From assembly GCF_006345805.1 (NCBI RefSeq), contig NC_043015.1, positions 9,424,001 to 9,488,000 on the forward strand: a stretch of DNA of 64,000 nucleotides, read 5' to 3'. Made by a program: the position numbers and the translations under genes. The DNA comes from Octopus sinensis. Lineage: Eukaryota. A model generated the notes under the pieces. The model searched no databases. It was given only the letters and a program-made list of their open reading frames with translations, and was not told the DNA's origin. This document shows, piece after piece, positions 38,331-52,858 of the stretch (its first letter is position 1; each line of letters begins with the position of its first letter).

Positions 38331-39201
38331 ATACTAAGCAATAAAGGGTTTAGCAACGAATTGCCTTACCACATACCGAATTTAGAAATAGCAGTCAAAG
38401 AGTTATAGCTATTTCTTCTACTAAAAGGGAGATCTCAGTAAAAACAGCCATTGAAGGCAGACACAAACAGGTAAGAGAGATGAATTGACGGCAATCTATC
38501 AATACAATTTAAGTTATCTACGACGTACCGCTTCGAAATCAAGTTTTTAGGAAAGCATAAGAATTAAATATTAAATAATTATCTACCTTACACTTCTTCT
38601 TTCTCTTCAGCGTAGAATACTATAATCATAAATGATTATATATTGAATTTTGAGATACTAGAAGGCCCAACTCAACTCATATCAGAGCGAGGTAGAATCC
38701 GCAACTAGTATCACTAAATTCAAAGTGTGAATGAAAAGATTTGTCACCAGCCCCTCCCACCCGCGTGTAGCCAAAACAAGATCCTGTGGTCATCTACTGA
38801 GATAAAATATGGTTATCCGTAATAATGAAGGGTGAAATTAATTAATTTGGAATAATTATCAATTACACCAAGTAGTCTTCGGCATGTCAAAGCCTCATTC
38901 GAGGAAAATTTAAGTAATACTAAGCAATAAAGGGTTTAGCAACGAATTGCTTTACCACATACCGAATTTAGAAATAGCAGTCAAAGATTTATAGCTATTT
39001 CTTCTACTAAAAGGGAGATCTCAGTAAAAAAGCCATTGGAAGGCAGACACAAACAGGTAAGAGAGAATGAATTGACGGCAATCTATCATACAATTTTAAG
39101 TTATCTACGGACGTACGTTTGAAATCAAGTTTTTAGGAAAGCTAAGAATAAATATTAAATAATTCTACCATACCAAAACTTCTTTTCTCTTCAGCGGGAA
39201 T
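38331..39201 (+). repeat. ~290-bp direct repeat, period 586 bp (38331-38619 and 38917-39201)
   Basis: Copies are nearly identical and differ mostly by 1-bp indels; flanked on both outer sides by (TA)n. Confidence 0.92.
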
Positions 39202-39227
39202 ATATATATATTATATATATATACAAC

Positions 39228-39388
39228 AGGCTTCTTTCAGTTTCCGTCTACCAAATCCACTCACAAGGCATTGGTCGGCCCAGGGCTATAGCAGAAGACA
39301 CTTGCCCAAGATGCCACGCAGTGGGACTGAACCCGGTATCATGTGGTTCGTTAGCAAGCTACTTACCACACAGCCACTCCTGCGCCTA
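39228..39388 (-). mobile_element. tRNA-derived SINE (family 4)
   Basis: Minus strand GGCGCAGGAGTGGCTGTGTGGTAAG head, GGTTCAGTCCC B-box-like motif, CTTGGGCAAGTGTCTT CORE-like block. Confidence 0.85.
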
Positions 39389-39599
39389 TATGTATATAAT
39401 TGTGCGCGGATGGGTTTATATATGTTTGTGTGTTTGTGTATGTATGTGTGTTTGTTCGCATATGTAGGAATAGATTATTTGGAAATTTTGCTTTTGTGCC
39501 CTAAAGTTCGTGCTGGATTCAACATAGGGATGATTTTTTTTTTCGATGTAGATAAAAGCACCACATCTGAAACAAATACGATAAAGCATTTACATATTT

Positions 39600-40400
39600 A
39601 TATAAATTAGCATGACACCATGCTGATGGGAAAAATACTGATGAAGTCATTTTTTCCAGTATGGCTGGACTTGATTACGAAATTGTTTCAACCATATCGA
39701 CAGAGCCAATTAAAACTTGAAGTGAGTGAAAAAAACTCTAATCACGTACGATTGATTAAAAATGAAATAGAGATTAGCGTCTCATACGATATGATAACTG
39801 TTCGCGAATGTAAACATGTTAGAATCTTATGCAGAATATGATAACTTCGCACTAGGGAGAGGAAGATATACGGAAATATTAAATATAAACCTAGTGATAG
39901 AATAGTTGTAAATTTTAACAATGTCAATATGAAACCATGTAATATTACACAGAATAAGAGATATTGGATTATTGGATGAAGCATTACAAGAGGTACAAAT
40001 ACTGGACGTATTAAATCCTTATGGCGAAGTAACAGATATGGTATTACTTTTGGAAATTGTGCTGGTTTAAATATATCTATATACTGTACCGGCACAATTT
40101 AATGATAGGAAAAGTTTAAGCAACCTGGATGAAATTTATTGGCGTAAATCCAATTGTATTCAGAAACGGGATATCATCTAAAATTGCGAGGGCTACTGTT
40201 AATGAATTAGATAACACAGTTTCACCCCCAATATGAATAAAATAATTTTTGTTATTGTCACAAAACTATTATCTAGTTTATCGGTAGAGATAAAGAGTTG
40301 CTCAAAGCAGCTGTCCTCAGCTTCGACCACAGCCTCAAGAAGACTCTGAAGAGCGGTATTGTGTTCATCAGTTTACCTGTGGGAAGACGTTCCGATACCT
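39600..40400 (+). mobile_element. Possible very decayed LINE ORF1 (gag-like) remnant
   Basis: Frame-broken peptides ILDVLNPYGEVTD, IFVIVT and YR*R*RVAQSSCPQ fit an RRM followed by a zinc knuckle. Weak. Confidence 0.3.
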
Positions 40401-41428
40401 CCTTGCTTTTAGGCAAAATGCGGCGTTTGTTTATTTCTGGGTTTATTTTTCGACCGCACATGATTACAGTTAAGGGAACTAGGAAGTCAGATGGCATGTT
40501 AAACGAAACAAAGTACGTATTGGTATATAAGTTTTCTTGACATTCTTTTCTAGATTATACCTTTCCGAAACGAAAATTATAAAATTATATACAATATTCG
40601 TTACAAGTTTTAATACGTTCACTTTTTTTTTAGTAAGTGTAAAATTGGGTATCTCTAGATTTGTTTAAATATTTACTTGCAAAGCACATTATCATTTTCA
40701 AAAAAAAGGACACTTCACTCCATGTTCGTGATCACTCAGTAAATTTAGATCAATGAGGTTTGTCTGAATTAATATTGTCCGTAACTCTAATGTTTCCCTG
40801 AAACACCACGCTAGAGTGAAGCTTATTTTGTTCGGAAATGTGAGATTAAATTCGCAGGTTGCGTTGGTGCAATATATGTATTACTAACTTATGTAAGACA
40901 AATGTCACACTAAATGGATCATAAAAATTCTACTTAGTCAGGGCTTACATAATATATGGGTAAAGAATTGGCATACTACTTAACCGATTTCTAAAACAAA
41001 GACAATTGTATTACTCACGCAGGATTAACACGAAGTAAAGATTGCAAGCAAATCCTAAATGAATAAGAAAATTTGCATAAATCTTTTCTACGAATTTCCT
41101 TCATTTCCACTTCAAATGAAAAATCACGCCTCATGTTGAGAGTTGGTGATTATTTTTCCGGGTAGTAACACGCACATGCACTCACTCACACGCGCACTCG
41201 CAGACACACTCAAACATACACACATATGTGTGTATGTGTGTATATATATATATATATACGTAGCTATATACATATATATATTTATACATACATATATATA
41301 CACACACATATATATATATATATGTATATATATATTTGTGTGTGTGCATGTTTATTACATATATATCTTTTTTCTTGTTTCACTCATGTGACTCTGGCCA
41401 TGCTGGTGCACCGCCTATATATATATGT

Positions 41429-41465
<37 letters not shown>

Positions 41466-41490
41466 CGTATGTATGTATGCTGTGTATATT

Positions 41491-41572
<82 letters not shown>
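41491..41572. repeat. (GATA)n tetranucleotide microsatellite
   Basis: Direct reading, about 20 units. Confidence 0.97.
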
Positions 41573-43840
41573 TAGGCATATCTGTGGATGTGCAGATCGG
41601 TGTATCTGTGTGTATATATGTATAATAATAAAGTAACTAATTTTTCCAGATGTCGTATTTACTTATACATATTTTCCGATAACGTCAGTTTACGAATGAA
41701 GCAGTTTTCCACTGTGTTGACTTGTTAGCATACATAATCTTTCTTTTCTTTTAAAGGAAACCATATTCAACGTATCTCCAATTTGTGATACATTTACATT
41801 GGTATTTTTCCTTCTGCGTTTATTCACTGGTGTATATTAGCATATTAGTTCTTTATAAATATAATAATCGTCTGGTAATTGCAAGTATCTGTGTTTTAAT
41901 AATATGCTTATACTCAGTTTGGATGAGAGACATGGATGTTAAAAGAAAAGTTGTTCTATGTTATGAAATCATTAAAGTTCAATGTAGTGGTGAGAGGTGT
42001 AATTTTTGTACAAAAGATAGTATCCAAAAGTATATTTAACTATGCTTCTTTATTTCGACGAGTGCATAGATTAGAAGGGAAAAATTCATTAGTCTTAATA
42101 TTATGTATCCGTTGAAGTCTGAAAATATCTCATCTATTTTAGTTTTATGCTATTTTCTTTATATGAACAATAACTTCTCTGCTCTAATAATTGCGGTCAG
42201 TCAAAAATATGAAAGTAGAAGGAACAGAAAAAGGAAAGGTACAATTCCATGTTAAGTAATTTTTTATATTTATTACAATTTCCTTGGAAGGATAAATATG
42301 AATACTTGGAATTCGTAGTGTAAGTGGATTATATGTATAAATAAAATGGAATAGATTTTATTTAAGAACATAACATTTATATTCACCGTAAACAAGAAGC
42401 ACGTTGGCAAAGAAGGCAATAAAATAATTTTATATCTTTTGAGTAAATAATATTTATTTAATATCAATATAACCTGATGAAAATATCATTGATGTCTCAT
42501 GAGTTAGCTAATTACGTGGAATAAGAAAACATTCGTTGACCTAAAACAGCAGTAATTATGATTTAATATTCAGAATATCTATGAGAAGTAATAAAATACG
42601 AAAGTACAAAAATATCGTATCTTGTATCCAACTGAAATCATAACCAATTAGAAGTTGATCTTCAATTCAACGAAGATTACTTCAAAGAGAAAACAAATTT
42701 CCATGCTTGACTACAATGATTATAGAAATTATAAGGTCACAAAGAATGTAAAAGATGTTGGATAGTCAATAAAGTTTCAGCTAGATTAATAAATCAATCT
42801 GGTGAGAAGATGCAACGACTATACTTTACATGTAAATATATATGCGAGTGTGTATGCCTCATGGCATGTATGCACACACATACGTTTGTATGTATATACG
42901 TATATACATGCATATATATGCACATATCTATAAGGAACAAAATTCCAAACAATAGCTTTTTTTCGGGTACATCAATATTCGACGTTGCAGAATTGAGATA
43001 TCCATTTAGACTTTGTAGTAATGCGATGCTAGAATAGTTACAGTAATATCGATCAGGTGAGGAAACCCGTTTATAACTCAATTACAAACCATTTGAATGA
43101 AACAATCTTTAAGAGAAACCGCTACTAGTCACTATATAACATTTAATCGATCACAACATGACCAACACATATTAAACATCGAAGTGAGTGATAAGCAGCA
43201 TAAAAGAAAGATTCCTTTCGATTAATCACATGATTGATTTTTTTTTTTAGCGCAATGCTAGGGAAGCTCCTGGAAACTGCCGTCGTCAGCAGTGATCAAT
43301 TTCATGTTATTTTCAATTACTGTTCTGTGAGACTTATTTCCCTGAAAATAAACGGACATATAGTCATAAAATTGTTAATGGAAATGCCAAAAGAAAGAAA
43401 GGAAATATACATAAATGAAAACAAAGTTGGAATGAAAATACGCATAAATTGAATGAGATGGTGGAGATGTTTCTATTTATGTGAATATACTCGTAAAACA
43501 GGTCTTGGGTATTAAAATCTTTTGCACCGGAATGAAAGTATTTTACGATCGATATAGGATTTCTTTTAGAGTTGTTCACCATTGTATTTAGCGAAAACAC
43601 ACGTTTTATAATTACCAAGTTGATAATGTCACTGTCATCAAAATCACCGTGTCTTTGGTAATATTTAGCCTGACCTGATGAAGGATTTTATGCTCCAATG
43701 CGGGAAGTATAACAGGAAATAAAATCGTTCGTTCTCCCCATTCGCTTTTTCTCCTTTGACTGTACAAACAGAAAACACACATATACACATGAATATCCTT
43801 TTATTCTTTAATGCGTTTCAATTCAAAAGCTGTGGCCATG

Positions 43841-43921
<81 letters not shown>

Positions 43922-43922
43922 G

Positions 43923-43981
<59 letters not shown>

Positions 43982-45579
43982 ATATATATATAATATATAT
44001 ATATATATGTATATATATATGTATATACGTATACATACATACGCGCGCGTGTGGTTTGTGTGCTTGTTGTATTTGTCCAGTGAATGGAGAATATACATAC
44101 ATATACACAAAGACACGTACACGCACGCATATATACATATCCATAGAGAGACACATGGACAGGCAAAATGAGGAGGAGGGGAAAAGGGATTATGTCTCGG
44201 TTATACTACGTATATTAAAATTCACAGTTATAATACATTGCGTTGCTATCAATTTGCAATATGACAAAGAGAAACATATTTTAATGCAAACATTTGTATA
44301 TTAGATCTTGAATGGATGAAATCCTTACTCTTCTTATCGTCATCTTCTGCAAAACTTATACTTGATTCGTTAATAAATGCGTGACGTTTATATGAAAATA
44401 TTGTGGAAGGGGAAACAATTGTTTTGCTTGCCGTGGAACCAAACATTAAATATGTATGGTCGCATCTACGTAAGAGTGCAACTATATAATCCATTTGTAA
44501 AGTAGGACCTGGAGGTATCACATTGTCTCTTAACAATACGAATAACTGATATTATAATCGACTATTATCTCAAAAATATGGCAATAAAAAACATAAGCGT
44601 TGTTTCTCATGGAGAACATTGTAGTATCAAAGTGATTATTACACCACTTTTAGCTGGAGCTTTTATTTAAAATATGAGAGCCACTGCTCCTTGAAAGAGA
44701 CGTAACTGGACGTTCTAGCGATTCACTAGTACGGCCAGTGCCAAGTACCGAATGTGATATATATCTTTGGTCAGCCGTAACTCACTCAAGTAGCCATCCA
44801 TAAATGGGACGTACCATAATGTTCTCCCCTGTCATAACATTTAACTACGTACTATTTAAAATGGTAAATACAAATGTTTGTAGGTCAAAAGAATATATAA
44901 TGCACTTTCATAAAAGTATTCTAAATCGGTCCATTTGCACCGCTATGCTAAATATAGCTACAGCTCCATAATTGCTCAATTAATGAGACAAAAGTTAGCG
45001 ATATATTGGAAATTAGCCACACCGTATGTCAGACGAATAAATATTTCCTATATAGATAAAATTTCCATAGAAAGTTTTTAAATTGACTTAATAGTAAGAT
45101 ATTAATAATTTGATGAATCTTGAAAAAGGGAAATGTCAAATTTGCGACAATAGACACATTATTTCATTCACAGTTCTGTGCCCACATTAAACTGTAAACG
45201 ATAACTGTAAAGCCATTGGCAATTATATTAAAATAATGACGCTGTGTAACACTATTTTTGTCCTTTAGTAGCGACTATTATTTCTTATTTAATTACCCTT
45301 AGAAAGTAAGAAAAGTGGTTAACATTTTCTTCAAATTCGCTTTTGTTATATTTATTCAAACCCCAAAGATCCCTCTCAACATATGGCTATGATGCTCCGC
45401 AACATTTCTGCTCGTGATCAGTGATGCACATATTTTCAGCCACTAAGGAACATACTCAAATGGATAAAGTCAAGCATCGGTCAATAAAATCTGTGATATT
45501 GAGCTGAATATTTGCTATAACAACATCGCTACTTCAGCAACTCAGTATACTTTGTGGAACCGGTATTTATATAAGGAGT

Positions 45580-45808
45580 GGCGGCAAACTGGCAGAACCG
45601 TTAGCACACCCGGCGAAATGTGTAGCCGCATTTCGTCTGCCGTTACCTTCTGAGTTCAAATTCAGCCGACGTCGACTTTGGCTTTCATCCTTTCGGGGTC
45701 GACAAATTAAGTGCCAATTACGAACTGGAGTCGATGTAATCGAATTAATCCGTTTGTCTGTCCTTCTTTGTCCCCTCTATTTTTAGCCCCTTGTGGGTAA
45801 TAAAGAAA
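45580..45808 (+). mobile_element. tRNA-derived SINE (family 1)
   Basis: Complete head, core and tail; TATAAGGAG on both sides (45570-45578 and 45819-45827) may be a TSD remnant. Confidence 0.9.
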
Positions 45809-46301
45809 CAGATACTTTTATAAGGAGGAGAAAGAAGTGGGAAAGAAGGTGAAGTCAGAGAGGGAAGAAAACAGAGAAAAAAGAGAATGATATATCATTT
45901 GAGAAAGTGGGGAAGGCAATGTAAAGTATGTATGTGTGAATGGTACTGAAAAGAAGTGCGATGGTTGTATCTGTCTGCTTTCGTACGAAATCTAATGAGA
46001 GTTGAGAAAGAATTCGGGGCAGAATGGGAAGGAAGTGACCCGGGTAATAGGTTGTACATAAGAGATTTATTAGTGAATGGAATTAGTTGTATATGACATA
46101 TAACTGGTGTCGAGATGCTTTCAGCTTAAAAGTGAAAATAGTATTATTATTTTTATTCTCCTTATTATCATTTATTGTATTTGCATAACTTCTAACGCTG
46201 GGGACATATTACGGTATCAGCTGTTCACTACCAATGAACTAAAGTAACACCCCTTATTTTTCGGGCATTCTGCGGAGTATTCGAACGGTTCCAAGCAGCG
46301 C

Positions 46302-46369
<68 letters not shown>

Positions 46370-46376
46370 TGATAGA

Positions 46377-46570
46377 AAGGCGGCGAGCTGGTAGAATCGT
46401 TAGCACGCTGGGCGAAACGCTTAGCGGTATTTCGACTGCCGTTACGTTTTGAGTCAAAATCACCCGGGGTCGACTTAGCGTTTCATCCTTTCGGGGGTCA
46501 ATAAAATTAGTACTAGTTGCACACTGAAGTAGTTGTAATCTACTTAATCCCTTCCCCCAAGTTTGAGTCC
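46377..46570 (+). mobile_element. tRNA-derived SINE (family 1 subtype)
   Basis: GGCGGCGAGCTGGTAGAATCGTTAGCAC head and GGTCGACTT..CATCCTTTCGGGG core; follows an (ATT)n tract. Confidence 0.88.
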
Positions 46571-47019
46571 TTATGCTTCCAGGAGTATGATTAAAAACAT
46601 TCAGACAAATGCACAACCAAAACGCAAAAGAATGTAAATAACATAGAGAAAATAGCACTGCTAGGTACCGTAAGCACCGTACACGTCCTACATAAAGCAC
46701 ATTCAATACCATGTAAATAACAGAACCAATACAAACATCACTAAATACCCAAGACACACAAAGCTGCGCTAGGCAACAGTGCAGTGAAAGCACGTTATAA
46801 GAATAAAACTACTGAAATCGTTGTATATGCTTTCATAACCATCCGGACTAAAGTATAAAATCTTTATTATGATTATAAAAATCGTTGCAAAAGTAGGATA
46901 TTACAGTACAAAATACAATTACAAAAAAGTTATGTAGTTCGTTTGGTATTTACAGATGTTGAGTAATAATTATAATACTAGACTTCACATTTCTCCTTTT
47001 TTTAAAAAAAAATAAAATT

Positions 47020-47360
47020 AGCCGGGTAAGTATAGCACAGTATAGATTGTTACCCGGCAGCCTAAAATCCCAGAAACTATTTTCTCCCCTTCATCGATGA
47101 CTAAGCTGGGTTACTCACACCCATCTTTTTCATCACATCCTTCTATCGATTCACATACTTTTTCTGTGGCAGGTTCCTCCTCTCCAACTCCATCTTGCTC
47201 TTTAGATGGTATCTGAAGTAGTTTAACAGACCATAGCCAGAGACAAAGGATCCTGTCACCAAACCTTCCATTCTGGTTCTCCACACACAGTCTTTCAGTA
47301 CTGCCACCGTACAGTGACAACAAGCCTCAACTTCCTTTGAGAGTCCAGTTGGACTAAAGT
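47020..47360 (-). mobile_element. 5'-truncated L1/Tx1-type LINE 3' end
   Basis: VAVLKDCVWRTRMEGLVTGSFVSGYGLLNYFRYHLKSKMELERRNLPQKKYVNR*K resembles Tx1/L1 ORF2 C-termini as I recall them (likely TGG to TAG). The 3' UTR has a 9-bp perfect stem (47021-47029 / 47050-47058). Confidence 0.65.
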
Positions 47361-47951
47361 AAGCAATTTATTGGTCTTGATAGAATAAAAGACGTTAAAT
47401 ATCTTTTGTTTACCGAATACGTTAAAAAATTTTAAAAAAACATTCTAAATCGCTTATTTCTCATAGCAGAATTCGTTCAAAATGTAAAATTACATATATA
47501 AATGCATACAGAACACACACACACACAAACATCAACCACGCACAAACTTACACAGACGCATACATACACACATAGACACACACAAGCACATATTCAAACA
47601 CTCACATACACGTCGGTATTGCTACTTAATGAATGGGATCGGGGATGTGTACTATTTACTCACATATTTGTCAATAACTTTCGAACGGTAAAAATATATA
47701 TACAATTAACAGAAGTTATTTTAACAGTGTGCAATTATTCAGACAGAAGTTGGGTTAGTTTAGTAGCCACCTCTTCAGAAATGCTTATCAATGGTATATA
47801 GAGTGAAAGAGTAGCCATGAGATATTTTTGTATCAACAGTATACTTTTAAATTTGTTTCACATACACACAGATATAAACACACTCACATTACATTTATAC
47901 GTATATATATATATATTATATATATATGTATATATATATATATAATATATA

Positions 47952-48058
<107 letters not shown>

Positions 48059-48895
48059 CTGCCGTATTTCTGTATTTAATTTCCCCATTAGTTGATTTTC
48101 TTTTCCTTTCGTTTCTCTGAATGGATGGATGTTATTTATTTATTTATTTATTTTACCCTCATATTATCTCGGATTTTGCGCATCTAAAACGAGAGCATTG
48201 TATTATTCACTTTAATAAGAAGCTATGAAGAATAATGAACAGTGCCGAAACTACATGTCTAAATATAACAAAAACAACTAAATATATGCAACGCGAAAAT
48301 TTGCATTGAAAAACTGTCAAAACGAACTTTTGGCGCGTGCAATATGAAAGGATGTAGAAAATGCAGCAGTAATTTTTCTTCTTGTATTCTCCTCTTGAAA
48401 ACGCTCATTAGCTCTTTTTCTGCGTTCTGTCAAAAGAGGTTTCACAAAACTATTCTTTTAATGAGGTATCACGCACCACGTATTAAAAGGGAATAGAGAA
48501 ATGCTAAATTCCCCAGAATTATTCATTGCGTTTTGTAAGAGACACAAGCTTTCTTAGATAATATTTTCTTCCATAGTATTTCGCAGTAGTATTATTTCTT
48601 TTCAAAGAGGAATCACAATGGAAGTGTTGATCACTTCCCCAGCCTCTCAAATGATGTATACAAGAGATCGTAACATTTTACTATGAGTCTAACAGTGCAT
48701 TGATAAAAACACAAGCAACACCTTCCTGCTGTATTTTATAGAGTTGCAAGGCGTTGCCTCCAATTTATTCAGCTGGGAATAGGGAAACAAAGGATCAAAT
48801 CATCTGTGTAAGACAGTGTCGGAATATTAGTCTCTTCTTGTAAACGTACATTGCTATGTTGTTCTTTTTTTATGTGTAACTATAATATAATCCGG

Positions 48896-49145
48896 CGAGG
48901 GAAGCACTCCGTCGGTTACGACGACGAGGGTTCCGGTTGATCCGAATCAACGGAACAGCCTGCTCGTGAAATTAACGTGTAAGTGGCTGAGCACTCCACA
49001 GACACGTGTACCCTTAATGTAATTCTCGGGGATATTCAGCGTGACACGGAGAGTGACAAGTCCGGTCCTTTGAAATACAGGTACAACAGAAACAGGAAGT
49101 AAGAGTGAGAGAAAGTTGTGGTGAAAGAGTACAGCAGGGATCACC
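48896..49145 (-). mobile_element. SINE family 2, 5'-truncated
   Basis: Reverse complement of the 3' two-thirds of 20678-21058. Confidence 0.88.
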
Positions 49146-49999
49146 TGTACAGGGATCCGGTGTAGACTAGCATAAAACAATTTTATCACGTGCTATGCTA
49201 TTTATCAATTATGCATCTGGTCTACTGTTTCTATAGATTCGGGTTCTTCTGTAAGACTAATGTAACGTGCAAGATTTCTGCCTCATAAGGTATAATACTT
49301 TAAATACACCATCAGATACTAGCGTAAAGTCTAATGATAACTAATAGAACTTTTGGATTACGTAAAATCCAGAGATATGAATCATTACTGAGTGCTAGGA
49401 ATAACTAATGAATAGCAACTTCAAATGTCTTCCTCGTATCTTATACTAATTTAAGTGTTATTGTATCAAAATACAATAACTTATCGGATTACGGAATCTT
49501 ATATCTAAAGTACTTTCAGCATGTTCATCATCTGCATAGTTATAGTAAATTGGGTAATTTTTACTAAAAGAGGTTTCAAATTATATTTACAGTTTAGCTA
49601 CAATGAAACAATTAGTAATAATAAAACGGGTTTACGTAATCGAACGTATTAAATTACAGCCAAAACAACATCTTGGAAATGTTTTATTTAACTAATAATT
49701 GTTTAAATGTCGTTTGGATGATAACCGTATCAATCCCATACGTATTTTGTATTACTGCTTTATAATTAAGCATATATCATACAGAAAATAGTTAGAGAGA
49801 TTGAGAGAATACTTTAGGAGGAACCTGTTTTTGACCAGAATACAATGCTCTTAGCAGAGGTTAATTACGTATCCTATTATTTAATAAGATCATAAGTTCG
49901 AATGATTTCACCATCTGCATTGAATTAAGTTATGGACAAACACACACATGTACACATATATAAGTGTATATATACACCAATCTATACATACTCCTGAAC

Positions 50000-50362
50000 A
50001 GGCGCAATGGCTCAAGGGTTAGGGCAGTGGACTCGCGGTCATAGGATCGAGGACTGGGTGTTATGAGTGTTTATTGAGCAAAAACATCTACAAGCTCCAC
50101 GTGGTTACGGCAGGGTTTGGTGGATAGCCTTCAGTATTCTTCCACCAAATCTTTCTCTCACTCTTTCTTCTTGTTTCTATTGTACCAGTATTTGAAAGGG
50201 CCGCCTTGTCGCACTCTGTGTCACACTGAATCTCCCCGAGAACTATGTTAAATGTACACGTGTCTGCGGAGTGCTCGGCCACTTGCAAGATAATTTCACG
50301 AGCATGGTGTTCCGTTGATCGGATCAACAAGAACCCTCTTCATCGTAAACGAGGGAATGCCA
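50000..50362 (+). mobile_element. SINE family 2
   Basis: GGCGCAATGGCTCAAGGGTTAG head; body homologous to 20678-21058. Confidence 0.85.
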
Positions 50363-50379
50363 CTGTATATACTCCTACA

Positions 50380-50860
50380 TACATCTACATGTCCCTCTTT
50401 TCATCTCTCTTCTCCTCACACGTGACTGACTAACCGATTGCCAGCCTTTCGTGCTTAGCAGTCGTCGCGGCAAGACACATTTTTTTCTCTCTCTGCCCTA
50501 AGGCATTTTTCTAACACGCCAGCTCAAAGTTTACTCGTCCTGTCGAAAGACGGCTGTCTGTAGCGTCCTGTTTTTGTTATTATCATTATCATTATTGTTT
50601 TTACGTATTTTTGTATTCTTATTCGTGTAACATCGTCCGTTTCCGTCCTTGTTTTGTATAGATTCGAGGCTTTCTTCCAAGGAATCTAATGTGCTTGGCT
50701 TAGATTTTCCTTTGAGGCTGACCAGATCGGAGCAATCTAAAGATTAATCAGCCGAAATTGCGAGGATGATCCGGCTCTTGATTGAAGATTGAATGCTTCG
50801 AATGTCCCGTCCGTGTTTTTTGTATCGTCTTCTAAATGTTTTGCGTTCTTGTACCAGTTT
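50380..50860. mobile_element. Possible Penelope-like terminal-repeat remnant
   Basis: Balanced-GC block ending at (TA)n with a GGCTG..CAGCC-GAAA stem but no CUGANGA box. Assignment is from recall only. Confidence 0.3.
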
Positions 50861-50880
50861 GTATTTATTTACATATATAT

Positions 50881-50940
<60 letters not shown>

Positions 50941-50984
50941 CGTGATCGTGTAAACATACATGCATATATACATATACATCAGGC

Positions 50985-51734
50985 GCTATAGCAGTTCTTG
51001 TATGCCCATGTCATATCAGTTAATCACCATGTCGTTGAGGAAGCGTTGAACCTCACCGTCATTGCTGAAGTGCGTTCCAGCGAAATATTATTTTAGCATA
51101 GGGAACAAGTGGTAGTCACTGAGTGCCAAATCCGGACTAGAACGTGTGCGGGTGATGATGTCCCGTTTGTTGACTTCGCTGCTGTATTTGACCTTCTGTG
51201 AGCATTCGCAGGAACCAACTTGCACACACCTTCCCATTATGCAACTTTTCACTCAAAACGCTGTGAATGGTGCTTCGGAAAACCTCAGAAATCAAAATGC
51301 GGAGATCATCCAGAGGTATCCGGCGATTTTCACGCAGGCTTACCTCAACCTTCATGGCACGCCGGTCGTAAATTCATGGTCGCCAGCTTCTTTCTAGGTT
51401 GTGAGTTTCTGTGTAACCATCTGCAAGCTCCATACACCCCTTGCTGACGTTTTTGACATCCATGCACGACTCAAAATACACTTCCGTTAAGTGGCGATAA
51501 ATTTCAATCGGTTTTGTACATTTTGTGTTCAAAAACCAAGTAACTGCACGCGAACTTCACTGTCGGAGAGAGCGTTAATCGGGAGGTCCATTAGATATGC
51601 CCGCAAGCTAAGACTAAGCGTGACAGCGAGATGGGCACAGGAGCAGGTGCAGATGTATACACAAAAAACAGAACAGCGTTCCCAAAAGCCGTACGCACAG
51701 CGCTTTGGAGAAATTACTTTTGGGATTACCCTCG
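50985..51734 (-). mobile_element. Internally deleted mariner (third lineage)
   Basis: Terminal TA-CGAGGGTAATCCCAAAAGT at 51736-51716 on minus. Peptide LRENRRIPLDDL..KVCASWFLRMLTE jumps directly to SSPDLALSDYHLFP, so most of the catalytic domain is missing. Confidence 0.85.
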
Positions 51735-52119
<385 letters not shown>

Positions 52120-52122
<3 letters not shown>

Positions 52123-52858
52123 GGCCTTCAGATATTCTGTGCAAGTTAACTAAGTTTTTACGTTTTAGCTCACTTTCACCGTCTACAACAGTGCTTGGAA
52201 AGAGCAAGCATGTTTAGCGTGCGATCGTCTCATTGACCATGAGAGAGGAAGTTGTCATGGCGATACCTACTTAAAGGCATACGCAAATTTACAGAAAGCC
52301 CATGGAGAAGAGTGTATGAGCTGCACACAAGTGTACGAGAGGTTCAGAAGTTTCCAAGATGGCCGAAAAATGTTGATAATCACGAATGTTCTAGGGGACC
52401 TGCAACCAGCAGAACGCATAAAAACATCGCACATATGCGTGCATCTGTAAGTGGAAATCGTTATTTCACCATCCGTGAGTTATCAGAAAAGGTGCAGATT
52501 AATTACTGTTCAGTGTAGCCCACTATCTCTGAAGGATTTGGCTATGAGACACCTGTCGGGCGATTTTGTGCGGAAACTGCTTTCAGCTGACCGAAAATGA
52601 ACTCGGGTTTCATTTGCAGAAAATCTTGATTGTGCTGAGAACGATGAAAACTTTTTTTGAAAACCTTGCGTACGCCTCTGGGTAGGTATCGCCAAGCTTT
52701 TTTCAAAATTTGATGGAGATTCTCTGCTCAACTTTCTCTGCCATGGTCAATGACACGACCACACACTACACACCTTTCTTCAAGCATTGTTGTAACCAGT
52801 GGAAGTGAACAGGAACGTTAAAAATTAATGTACATGCACAGCACACGTTAAGGTCAAT
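52120..52858 (+). mobile_element. Non-autonomous mariner derivative with ~135-bp degenerate inverted arms
   Basis: Arms ~52120-52255 and ~52728-52858 (CATTGACCATG / CATGGTCAATG is a clear anchor) enclose a mariner N-terminal HTH remnant (QKAHGEECMSCTQVYERF..FTIRELSEKV..FVRKLLSAD). Confidence 0.75.

Noticed and set aside
40270-40550. Overlapping 74-80 aa ORFs on both strands, including an FIGRDKEL start reminiscent of NTPase domains
   Set aside because: No Walker A motif follows and splice acceptors are weak. A third frame shows a decayed zinc-knuckle signature, so this is probably an ORF1 relic or chance.
43675-43705. CTGATGA-A-GGA..TCC as a further hammerhead
   Set aside because: The GAAA box is absent (AATG) and there is no stem I or III; the 7-mer is expected by chance in 64 kb.
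47159-47353. Apparent 195-bp symmetric coding exon on minus (TTTAG acceptor, GTATGT donor, 64 open codons)
   Set aside because: The peptide continues past the donor (YVNR*KDV..) in a way that fits an L1/Tx1 ORF2 C-terminus with a W-to-stop change, followed by a 3' UTR hairpin. It is better explained as a LINE remnant; exonisation cannot be excluded without RNA-seq.
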